Shown here: positions 8,896 through 18,312 of the stretch, piece by piece
How the letters are laid out: each line of letters opens with the position of its first letter
How positions within the stretch are numbered: position 1 is the stretch's first letter
NCBI GenBank assembly: GCA_937625935.1
Contig: OW569360.1
Location: 310,001 to 374,000 of the forward strand
Length of the DNA: 64,000 bases
Direction of reading: 5' to 3'
Origin: Tetramitus jugosus
Lineage: Eukaryota > Protista > Heterolobosea
Translations under genes and position numbers: made by a program
The notes under the pieces: model-generated
Database searches by the model: none
What the model saw: only the letters and a program-made list of their open reading frames with translations
Told to the model about the DNA's origin: nothing

Positions 8896-10284
8896 CGCCG
8901 ATGAAAAAACGAACAAACACCCCTGTTGTTCGTGAGTATGAGAATCCACGCTATGCTGTGTGGACCACAGCACCAAGAGGAACTGCTCCAAGCAGCAAGG
9001 AGGTCATCATCACTGGAAAGTGCGATGACTCTCCAAAAGCTGCCTTGGCCAAGAAAATTGGCTTGGATTTTGGTGATTTGCTCACCAGGGTCCAAGTCAT
9101 CAAGAAGGGCCCCAAGAGGTTTGTTGCGTGGGTAACTGTTGTTGATGACAACATTTACCCATTTGTTGAATCCTTCAACCGCAACAAGAAGATGAGTGGC
9201 TGCAAGGCAGCACTCAAGCACAACGTTGATTGTGACAAGAAGGTCGTCCTCCACGGAGTCAAAGGTAAGACGGAGGACGACATCAAGGCCATGCTCGGCA
9301 CAACAAAGGTCAAGAATGTGCTCAAGAAGCACAACACTGCCTTTGTTGTGATGGAGTCTGAAACGTATGCCGAAGCTTTGCTTCGGAACGTTCAAGCCAT
9401 GCCAGTGGAGGTGGAAGCAAAGCGCTTCCTTCCACGCCCACGTGACCCTGTCAAGGCTGTCAGCAAGAGGCTGACTAAGATGTATCAAGAACTCCTGGCT
9501 GTGGTGGACGACCTGCGCCACCAAGTCAGTGTGTTAAAAGAAATGGCTTCCGACAACCGGATTCCCCTCGAGTCCCCGTCTCCAAGGACGCCGGACCGAA
9601 TCTCCGAATTCGAACCTTCGACTCCGTCTACGACCGATGACTGGGAGTCGATCATGCCGGAGTCCCGCCCCGTTACTCCAACTACGGTCACCCAAGAGCC
9701 AACCAACAACACCATTGATGAGGATGCTCGTAACAGAGCAATCCTCGAGCTAGTATTGAACACCTCCGAGGTGTTCACGAAAGCCAAGAAGGAGATTGCT
9801 GCCCGAGCAATCATGGTGGACCGTGCAAGAAGCACAACCACACAAGAGGATCCAGTTGAGTTGGACCTCTGTAACCCCGACTGCGAGTTACAGAGTCCCC
9901 AACTCAACGAGAACAAGAAACGATCAGCACGTGTCACCGTTGGTGACACTACTGCTAACAAGATCCCGGCCAGGTTGGCCAGTATCAAGTCAGGTGCTCT
10001 CCGTAGGTCCTACCAACTGGCTAGGACTACGGAGCCATCTGATCTCACCAGTGGTGCTCCAGTCGGTAGTGGAGGCCCTCGCAACGAATCCCTGAAGAAG
10101 GGATCAAAACAACATTCCAAGAAGAGAATGAATCCTGTTGCGTAGGCCTGCCACTCCACTGGGCAAGCACCACACCATGTTAGACAATTGAGAGCAGGCA
10201 AGCCTGCTCTCAAACAAAAGAAAAATAAAAGTTCCGCAACGTGGTGCTCACGCACCATTTGTTGTATTAAAAAAAAAAAAAAAA
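8896..10284 (+). mobile_element. Poly(A)-tailed retro-insertion, head-to-head 55 bp upstream of tRNA-Glu; non-autonomous, ORF1-only
   Basis: Direct repeat AAAACGTTTTTTGAGGTGA at 8877-8895 and 10281-10299; A16 at 10269-10284; single ORF; visibly more GC-rich than flanks; 3' hairpins. Confidence 0.88.
8901..10145 (+). CDS. ORF1-like nucleic-acid-binding protein (RRM-like domains + coiled coil + basic disordered tail), 414 aa
   Basis: ATG 5 nt inside the element; KKVVLHGV..EDDIKAML..NTAFVVMESETYAEALL is RNP2/RNP1-like; heptads LTKMYQELLAVVDDLRHQVSVL; no RT or endonuclease motifs. Confidence 0.7.
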   Translation: MKKRTNTPVVREYENPRYAVWTTAPRGTAPSSKEVIITGKCDDSPKAALAKKIGLDFGDLLTRVQVIKKGPKRFVAWVTVVDDNIYPFVESFNRNKKMSGCKAALKHNVDCDKKVVLHGVKGKTEDDIKAMLGTTKVKNVLKKHNTAFVVMESETYAEALLRNVQAMPVEVEAKRFLPRPRDPVKAVSKRLTKMYQELLAVVDDLRHQVSVLKEMASDNRIPLESPSPRTPDRISEFEPSTPSTTDDWESIMPESRPVTPTTVTQEPTNNTIDEDARNRAILELVLNTSEVFTKAKKEIAARAIMVDRARSTTTQEDPVELDLCNPDCELQSPQLNENKKRSARVTVGDTTANKIPARLASIKSGALRRSYQLARTTEPSDLTSGAPVGSGGPRNESLKKGSKQHSKKRMNPVA

Positions 10285-10855
10285 CGTTTTTTGAGGTGAA
10301 GACAATAAGGGATCATATTAATGGATGAGCTCAGTAACGACCCAAATGAAATCCGTCAAACTGGTTCCAATACCAAGTTCAATGGGGGTTGCACAACTCA
10401 CAGTGTGTGGACCTAAGGTTTGATAACCAACAGTGGTGCAACGGCAGGCGTACAACTAACGAGCAAAGGAAGACTGGGAAACAATGTTAGGTATGTTAGG
10501 TGTGGAAACGCAAGCTGCGAAACAAGTTGCCAAAGGTCTAAAAAAAATGGAATCAAAAGGATATCACCAAGAAGAAAGCGAAACAGTTCATGGACTAAGA
10601 GGAGATAACGAACAATGCAACAGCATAAACGAAACAGCTACATCATGTAGAGAGAATCAACAACGAATAAACAGCGCAACCATTGGTTGAGGAGGGCCAG
10701 TGGATTTCAGACTGCAAGTATCCATACCACTTGGACGACTCACCCATTGCCATTTCTTGCGTCTTCATCAGACAGGTATCGTTGCATAGCTTCATTCATC
10801 TCGGCAAAAGAAATTTCGCAATCGGGGGAATGTCCTGATCAAAAACAGAAAGCAA

Positions 10856-11520
10856 ATGTCAGTCACGCTCCACACCAGCTGTGGTGACCTCAAAATTGAA
10901 TTGTTTTGTGATAAATGTCCAAAAGCAACAGAGGTATCTAATGAGCATTTCACAAACGTTTTTGATCTTACTTTGAAAAGAAGCTAAAGCCAATTCTCAG
11001 AATTTTTTAGCCTCGTGTGCCTCAGGGTACTATGACGGAACGATCTTTCACCGAAACTCGCCTGGTTTCCTCGTCCAGGGTGGAGATCCAACTGGCACAG
11101 GCAAAGGAGGACAGAGTATCTGGGGCAGATCATTTGAGGACGAATTTAGCGACGATCTGTTGCATGACAAGAGAGGAATCGTTGCCATGGCCAACAGGGG
11201 AGCAAACACCAATAACTCACAGTTCTACAGTTAGTAGTTGTTTGATTAGTTTTTTTTTAAATATTCACAGTTGTCTTGCTTTTTCTTATTATTCCATTGA
11301 ATTGAATTTGATCTGACATTCAAGTACAATAACAGTTACCTATGCACCTCAAGCTCACTTGAACAATGTCTCGACTGTTTTTGGACATGTAATCTCTGGC
11401 ATGGACACATTGAACAAGATGGAGAAGGTACCAACAAAGGGAAAGAGAGAAAAGCCAACAGAGGATATCACCATTCACAAGGTCACTATTCACGCAAACC
11501 CAATTGCTCCTCTCATCTAA
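10856..11520 (+). CDS. PPIL3: Cyclophilin PPIL3-like; exons 10856-10933, 11001-11229, 11336-11520 (missed by ORF track)
   Basis: Spliced translation [82 protein letters not shown]; GT-AG introns keep frame. Confidence 0.93.
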
Positions 11521-12016
11521 TTCAGTCTCTCTCGCTCTCTCAAGGACCTCCCAAGAGCCAAATGAACGCGACACATGTTCTGATCGAACGCTATCAGTCA
11601 GGGATGACCTTGCCTAAAAATAAGCAAAGCTTCTCTCGGAGGCAACAGAGCGTGTCATCCATCTGTGAAAAAAAAAAGCTTTGCCCAACAAAAAAACATC
11701 AAACAACAACAAACCATTCAAACAACAAGCACACCTTTTTTGAGTCCCACAACACCACCTGCACACTCACCACACCTAAAGCTAACACACACCGTGTGTA
11801 ACAACACCGACACCTCCTCCCACTACTACCAACGAAAAAAATTCATTTTTTTGCAGCTCTACGACAACAAAAAAAGCTTTTTTCATCCGTCCAAAATTTC
11901 TCCTACCTACTCTGCTACCCAAACCCAAAATCGAACGACTCTCCTCTATATACACACATTTTTGCACGCACTCTTCCAACACCTCCTCCTGTTCATTGTA
12001 TTTGTAAATACTCACG

Positions 12017-13990
12017 ATGAACCACAATCCAATTCAGTGGCAACAACAACAACAACAACATCATGGTGGACTTGACTCACCTGTTGGTGTGTGGTTCACT
12101 AGTACCCACAGCCCTTCTTCTCCACAACATCAACAACAGCATCAACAACAACAACAGATGAGAATCAATGAACCAATGAGTTGGGATGAATTGACTCATA
12201 ATAATAATAACAATAGTAATAATAATAGTAATAATAGTCCAAATCGATTCAATAGTCGACCATTGCAACATGGTCACTCTCTCTCCTTCTCCTCTGTATC
12301 ATCATCCTTGTCATTTGACAGTGAATTTCAATTCTTGTCAACATTGACATCAACAACATCAACTACCACTCCATTTCGTTCATTGACCAGTCAACAACAA
12401 CAACAACAGATGGTTGATTTTGAAGAAGAGGATTGTTTCAATCAAATGATTGATATGGATCATCATTTCCCACATCATCATCATCATCATCACAATAGTA
12501 ATAAGAATAATAATAGAAGTGAGATGATGATGATGATGAATGATAGTAGTGGTGTTGATATTGACAATGATGATTATGAAGTGTTGAGATCAGTGAATGA
12601 ATTGTTGCGTGGAGAAGAAGGAGAAGCAGGAAGTACAAATGATGATAATGATGAAACTCAACATCACTATGGTTTCAACCACACACGTGCCTCTCCTCAC
12701 TCACACGCATCACTCCTCTCATTTCCACATCAACAACAACATCATCATCAACAACAGCAACAGCAATCCTTTTCGTTCCATTCATCACCTTCTTCTCCAT
12801 CACCTTCTTCCTCTTCACCCTCTCCTTCGCCGTCATTGTTTGGCCCAAGTGCACAATATCATCATCATCAACAACAACACCCTTCCAAACCTCCACAACA
12901 ACAACATCACAGCAGTCGAAAGACTGTACCCTGTAAATTTTATCAACATGGAATGTGTAGATCGGGGGACAATTGTAGATTTTTTCATGAAACACCCATG
13001 TTGGATTCTTCACTCTATGAACATCATAACAATAACAGTGGTTTTCATGTATCATCTTCACCGATTGCAGTGAACAATCGATCATCAATTCGAACCTCAT
13101 CTTCTTCGTTGTCATCCTCTGTTGGGTCAAACAGTAGCATGGGAAGTGTTCACAATTATTTGAGCTCATCCAACAGTGCCACTGGCCATCATCATCATCA
13201 CCATCATAATGGCCATAACAGCCATAATAACAAGTATTGCAAGTTTTATGAACAAGGCTCTTGTCAAAGAGGTCAAGCATGTCCATTTATTCATGATCCA
13301 TCAAGAGTTGTGTCGTTGAATAGCAACCACAACCACAACCACAATAACACTAGCTATGGTGGTGGTGGAAATGGTATCAGTTATCATGGTGGTGAGACTG
13401 GTAATAACAATAATAGTAGTGGTGGCATTGGTTTCATTCATAATCGATCCATGTCATCATCATCATCTTCCATATCTCCCTCCTCTCATTTCACACCCTT
13501 TCACACGAACAACAATAACACTGGAAATTATTTCCAAATGGATCACTCAATGTACTATAGCCCACAGGCACACAGCTCCATGTTGACCATGGCTGGATTT
13601 GATTCCCCTAGTACCTCCCCTACCAACTCTTCGAATGTCGCCTCAGCAACCACTGCCACTGAACATTTGGACAATCAAAGTGTTGATGACGAAGAGATCA
13701 AGGATCAGAAGTCATCAGACGATGAATCAAAAGTCTGTCCATTTTACTTGAAAGGTGAGTGTCGATATGGAGAAAGATGTCGAAATTTGCATATTCGATT
13801 GTCTACAAACAAGAAAAAGTTTGATTTGAATGCATTGGAGAGAATGAGCAGAATTCCATGCAAGTATCATAGACAGGGTGTTTGTCCCTTTGGCAGCATG
13901 TGCTACTTCAATCACGCAATTGTGGATGAAGAAGAGGAACGGGAACGATTAAGTCGCTCTGCAAATCGTGGCGCTGAAGTAACCTTTTAG
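12017..13990 (+). CDS. CCCH zinc-finger RNA-binding protein with Q/N/H/S low-complexity tracts
   Basis: Four C-x7-C-x5-C-x3-H fingers (e.g. CKFYQHGMCRSGDNCRFFH). Confidence 0.88.
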   Translation: MNHNPIQWQQQQQQHHGGLDSPVGVWFTSTHSPSSPQHQQQHQQQQQMRINEPMSWDELTHNNNNNSNNNSNNSPNRFNSRPLQHGHSLSFSSVSSSLSFDSEFQFLSTLTSTTSTTTPFRSLTSQQQQQQMVDFEEEDCFNQMIDMDHHFPHHHHHHHNSNKNNNRSEMMMMMNDSSGVDIDNDDYEVLRSVNELLRGEEGEAGSTNDDNDETQHHYGFNHTRASPHSHASLLSFPHQQQHHHQQQQQQSFSFHSSPSSPSPSSSSPSPSPSLFGPSAQYHHHQQQHPSKPPQQQHHSSRKTVPCKFYQHGMCRSGDNCRFFHETPMLDSSLYEHHNNNSGFHVSSSPIAVNNRSSIRTSSSSLSSSVGSNSSMGSVHNYLSSSNSATGHHHHHHHNGHNSHNNKYCKFYEQGSCQRGQACPFIHDPSRVVSLNSNHNHNHNNTSYGGGGNGISYHGGETGNNNNSSGGIGFIHNRSMSSSSSSISPSSHFTPFHTNNNNTGNYFQMDHSMYYSPQAHSSMLTMAGFDSPSTSPTNSSNVASATTATEHLDNQSVDDEEIKDQKSSDDESKVCPFYLKGECRYGERCRNLHIRLSTNKKKFDLNALERMSRIPCKYHRQGVCPFGSMCYFNHAIVDEEEERERLSRSANRGAEVTF

Positions 13991-14150
13991 GATACATCAT
14001 GGCAAATATGTGTTTCCTCAAGTTATCGTTTGAGGACCAAATGTACATACAGAAATACTGCATCAGCAATAAATAATTTAATTTTGAATATCTATTGACA
14101 TCTGTCAACTGTGCACACCACAAACGCAAGCTCTTAAGACGAAGGAAGAA

Positions 14151-14534
14151 ATGAATGTCAATAGCATGCAATCAAGGGAAACGTCGTCGTGTCGAACTCC
14201 CCTTCGAATTACTCGACAATACCATTATTCCTCGAGCGATGTCTCCAAGCAATCAGAACAGTCCAAGACCAAGTTGACCGAGCTTGAGCACTCGTGTGAA
14301 CAAGCTCCCAATGTTGTTATGGACAATTCTCCAAGCAGAACAATCATTCATTATACAAGCAATCCGAACATAAGCTCAAAATCCTCACCTCGGAGGGATC
14401 TATCAAGCGGTGCCGCTGTAGGCTCACCACAAAGAAACTTGGTTCACTCAACTCCTGTTCTGATACCTAAGCCTAGATTAACATTCAATCGAAATATGGC
14501 TCAGTCCGAAGAATCAGTGCCAAAGAGTACTTGA
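14151..14534 (+). CDS. Hypothetical S/P-rich protein
   Basis: 127-aa ORF filling an intergenic gap; no recognisable motif. Confidence 0.35.
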   Translation: MNVNSMQSRETSSCRTPLRITRQYHYSSSDVSKQSEQSKTKLTELEHSCEQAPNVVMDNSPSRTIIHYTSNPNISSKSSPRRDLSSGAAVGSPQRNLVHSTPVLIPKPRLTFNRNMAQSEESVPKST

Positions 14535-14558
14535 TCCCAATAAAGGACTTGGTGAAAT

Positions 14559-16073
14559 TTAAGATTTTCGCAAGAGTTCCTCCCTCTCTTCCGAGTTGTG
14601 AATTGTGGAGCAATACTTGTTGATTCCAATGGCAAAAGTACAAACAACAACCATCAGAAAGGCAACTGCACACACAATTCCTGATATAATCAGCTTTTCT
14701 TTCAAAGAGAGATATCTGGCTATGCACCACGTAGCTTTTCTTTGGGCAATCAGACGTATTGTATCTTCTCTGTCATATTCGTTCTCGATACCCATATGCA
14801 CCCATCGATTATAGGCATTGTCTAGTCCATTCTTTGGGACACCGATTCCGTCCAGTCTCGATACATTGAACTGAAAGCCTTCGGAGGAAAAAGTTGAGAT
14901 CCAATGTTGCAAACTCGTCTGATCTGTCACTAAAGGAACAACATCCTTAACGACTCCAGTATTAATTGAGTTATTCAACATACCACTTCCAGATTGAAAG
15001 AACAGGGTAGGTTTGCCCAGCATGAGTGCAATAATATTGGCATTGGAATCTTGTGAGACCACAAAAAGAGAAACAAGAGATGCTCTAATGGCAGACAGAG
15101 AGACACCTGGGATCGGGTTTGCTGGTAGTACATGTACTTGATTGGATAGTTTCAACCTCCGGACCAACTTTTCCTCGAGTCTAGATAAGTACATTTCAGG
15201 TGACGATGCAATAATTACATCATACCTCTCCAACAACTTCAATTCAATGCCATACTTCAAAAATTGCTCCAATGAATCCAAATAACCATCACCAGACGTA
15301 CCAACAAAGGCGATCAAGTCCTTTGAATACAACTTTACATCAATCTCTCTTTCAATCTCTCTCAGAATTTGTCCATTAGTCTCATTCGATCGCTCCATCA
15401 TCCAAGTACTCACAAACGCATCACCAACTGTATGAACCTTGTCCCTCATATCACCTCCCATGACTTCAAACGCCTCCGTCATACTCTCCGATTCAGTCCA
15501 CACCTCTGTCCACACTGACGAATTATGAAACAAGTCCGAAGCAGTACTATTCCACTTCCATATCATATCTGTGAAATAGGCCACACTCACAATGGATGCA
15601 TCACTCGAAACAAACGATTCCACAATCTGACTCTGCACTCTCGTGCTCGTTCCACTAATGATGGCTCTCGGGCTCACACAACTCATCAACTTTTTCAGTT
15701 CACTCTGACTCAACTCACTCCACACTTGATCTTTTTTCCAGCCTTGCACACAAATGTCAAAACTCAAGCTCACACACAGCTCAGCATACTCTGCTGACTC
15801 GTATAGCATATCCTCTGCCGTGTCACCAATCAACAACAATGTGACAGAGTGAGGCGTATCAGACAAGATACGATCAATTATGGGTGTCATGCTGTTCACT
15901 TCACTGCTCGAATGAATGAGAAACAGGAGATCGGTTGTAATGGGAGGAACACGGGAGCGATGGGGCAGTTGATCAATGCTCGTCGTGACGCAGGAGATGA
16001 ACCACAAGAGTGACAGTATCAACAACAACAACAGCAATAATGGTGAATGATGCTTGGATCTCTTGGTCGTCAT
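14559..16073 (-). CDS. Secretory-pathway protein with signal/anchor and C-terminal TM; possibly a GT-B-like fold
   Basis: Poly-Leu N-terminal hydrophobic segment; C-terminal TM; VVSQDSNANIIALMLGKPT resembles a GT-B C-terminal motif (weak). Confidence 0.6.
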   Translation of the reverse strand: MTTKRSKHHSPLLLLLLLILSLLWFISCVTTSIDQLPHRSRVPPITTDLLFLIHSSSEVNSMTPIIDRILSDTPHSVTLLLIGDTAEDMLYESAEYAELCVSLSFDICVQGWKKDQVWSELSQSELKKLMSCVSPRAIISGTSTRVQSQIVESFVSSDASIVSVAYFTDMIWKWNSTASDLFHNSSVWTEVWTESESMTEAFEVMGGDMRDKVHTVGDAFVSTWMMERSNETNGQILREIEREIDVKLYSKDLIAFVGTSGDGYLDSLEQFLKYGIELKLLERYDVIIASSPEMYLSRLEEKLVRRLKLSNQVHVLPANPIPGVSLSAIRASLVSLFVVSQDSNANIIALMLGKPTLFFQSGSGMLNNSINTGVVKDVVPLVTDQTSLQHWISTFSSEGFQFNVSRLDGIGVPKNGLDNAYNRWVHMGIENEYDREDTIRLIAQRKATWCIARYLSLKEKLIISGIVCAVAFLMVVVCTFAIGINKYCSTIHNSEEREELLRKS

Positions 16074-16365
16074 TTTGGTATCATTCAATGCGTTGGTTGT
16101 TTTTTTCGTCTTGGAAAGAAGAATTCCTCTTCGAATTGGGCATTTCAGAGAGAAGATTACGTGAGCACTCATTTTCCCTGTCCACATCAATCGACACGAC
16201 GGTCGTTGATGCAGAAAAGCAGAGATCGTGAAGTGTGATGAGTTCAAGCTTGGGAACATTGTACAATGTCATCATTATGCAAAGAGGATCTCAACTGTCC
16301 TTTGCGATTACAAAATATTTGATGGAAAATGACCGTGTTGCGAATAATTATGGTATACAATGACT

Positions 16366-18126
16366 TTACACACTGATTTCGGTGAGGATTTTGACGATCT
16401 GATCAAACGAAGGTCGTTCATCAGGTATTCGTGACCAACACTGATTAATGAGGCCTAGGATCAGTTGAGGTGCATTCTCGGGTAGATCTGGACGGTGGTT
16501 GTGTTCTGTGACAGCTTGGCAAATCTTGGCAGAGATTGTTTCTCTCCATGGTTTCTTTCCAGAGTATAACTCAGCCAACAGTACACCATATGCATACACG
16601 TCAACCTTCTTGCTCTGTGGTAAGTTCGCGAATTCTTCTGGTGATTTGTATTGCGGCAAGCCGACACACCCGATTCCTTTCCTAGATACTATTTCTCCAT
16701 CTTGCAGATAGTAGCAATGATTCAATTCTATACCAATCTTCGCAGTAAAATTGTCCAGTAAGAATACTAAGTGAGGTTTCAGATTTCTATGAATGATATT
16801 CTTCGAGTGCAGATAGGCAAGTCCTTGAGCAACAGACCTGGCAATGCTCAGTAGGAAATTAGGATCAGACAACCGGCTTCGTGTTTCTAAGGTGTCTCTA
16901 GTTGGTTTCTTATGCAATAAATCATGCAGATTTCCTCTAGAAAATGGCTCCAGTGCTATTTTGAAATAGTGCTTCTCCCGAATTAAGTAATATCCTACGT
17001 ATTGAAGAATGTTGGCATGTGCTAGCTGACACAATACATTTGTCTCATGTATCAAATCTGGAATCTCCGATCCATCAACCTTGTACAACAATGTTCGGAG
17101 GGCGATTGGTCTGTTGTTGTATATCGCTGATTTAACTACACCAGTATCAGATTTAATTAATATCCTGCCTTCTTGAATCGATGTTTCATGATCACTAATA
17201 AGACGAGCAGTTTCATGTGAGCACTCTCTCTCAAATCGTTCGATGACTCGTTTCACTTCCACAGCGCACCTCTCTTCAATAATCTTCCGCTCAATCTGAA
17301 TGACCAACTCCTTCACTCTATCAATCAAATTCCTGAGGAAACCAAACTCACTGGAGACGACCATCGTTTTCATTAACTGACTACAAGTCTCTCTCGCATC
17401 ATTCATTCTTCTCTGACAATCCGTGTGCTTCACAAGGACTGTCGGACACACACTAGGAAAATTCTCATCAATGACAAACTCAAACACATAGCTCGTACAA
17501 TCGTCCACCATGGCACGAGGCGACCGATTTTGACTAGATTGCATTGAGCTATTGCGTTGATCCTCCGTCACGGGCATAAACGAAGCATCCAAGCTTCGAT
17601 TGACATCACAATCTACCAGCAAGCCACCACCAATGTAAGAATGGGCACCCAACGGAGACAACGAATTCTGCACCAACACAATATTTTCTTCTCCAGCATG
17701 TTGCTGCAACGATTTCTTCGATAACGTCTCACATCGAACAAGCAGCTCAAAGTGCAACATGTTGTCCACATTGGGAAACTGCAAAGAGTATAAAAATTGG
17801 AGTACCCGATCTTCGATCAAACGCCTCAGTATCACAGCAGTTTCCTCCTTGTTGTTTTTTTGTTCATGCGAAAAGAATTTTTCATATTCAATGAGACGGT
17901 TGTCCATTGGACAGGCACTCACCTCATCTTGCACTCGCTGTTGGATCTGATCCAGCGAGAAATAAATAGAAGAGGATGACGAGATGGGTGCATCCACGAT
18001 TTGATGCATCGTAGATGACGGACCTGTCGAAGTACTTTTGGCGCCATCTGCAATACTCGGAGAATTAGGATTGGCGGGAGTGGATTTTTTTTCCAGTTTC
18101 TTTTGTTGAGCCAATCGTTTCAGCAT
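16366..18126 (-). CDS. TKL-type kinase-fold protein, probable pseudokinase, with RWD-like N-terminal region
   Basis: HANILQYVG, IIHRNLKP, YKSPEE, DVYAYG, CW..P.ERPSF; lacks catalytic Asp and DFG. Confidence 0.8.
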   Translation of the reverse strand: MLKRLAQQKKLEKKSTPANPNSPSIADGAKSTSTGPSSTMHQIVDAPISSSSSIYFSLDQIQQRVQDEVSACPMDNRLIEYEKFFSHEQKNNKEETAVILRRLIEDRVLQFLYSLQFPNVDNMLHFELLVRCETLSKKSLQQHAGEENIVLVQNSLSPLGAHSYIGGGLLVDCDVNRSLDASFMPVTEDQRNSSMQSSQNRSPRAMVDDCTSYVFEFVIDENFPSVCPTVLVKHTDCQRRMNDARETCSQLMKTMVVSSEFGFLRNLIDRVKELVIQIERKIIEERCAVEVKRVIERFERECSHETARLISDHETSIQEGRILIKSDTGVVKSAIYNNRPIALRTLLYKVDGSEIPDLIHETNVLCQLAHANILQYVGYYLIREKHYFKIALEPFSRGNLHDLLHKKPTRDTLETRSRLSDPNFLLSIARSVAQGLAYLHSKNIIHRNLKPHLVFLLDNFTAKIGIELNHCYYLQDGEIVSRKGIGCVGLPQYKSPEEFANLPQSKKVDVYAYGVLLAELYSGKKPWRETISAKICQAVTEHNHRPDLPENAPQLILGLINQCWSRIPDERPSFDQIVKILTEISV

Positions 18127-18312
18127 CGTGTTTGTCAAACAGATGATATTTTGTTGTTGTTTATTTTGTTTGTTGTGTGTTTTGTGTGGCCTGTGGAACA
18201 AAGCACATTTCCAATGTGTTCCTCAAATTGGAACTTGAAGCGAAATGCACCTTCGACTAACGGACAAATAAAAAGAAGAATACCGAAAAAAAGAGCGCGA
18301 ACAGTGTGAAAA

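Noticed and set aside
8871-8900. ORF-track start of the 424-aa ORF at GTG 8871
   Set aside because: It lies in the flank/TSD outside the element; the first ATG is at 8901
8847-9988. Antisense ORFs (225 and 167 aa) over the retroelement ORF
   Set aside because: Shadow frames of a GC-richer coding sequence; no motifs
10143-10284. Stop-codon readthrough: the frame stays open after TAG into the poly(A)
   Set aside because: About 45 open codons can occur by chance, and the region is better explained as a structured 3' UTR
12030-13520. CAA/CAT/AAT tandem runs (also at 31440-31610, 53000-53250, 56230-56720) as arrays or satellites
   Set aside because: They are in-frame homopolymeric amino-acid tracts of coding genes; no repeat-spacer structure
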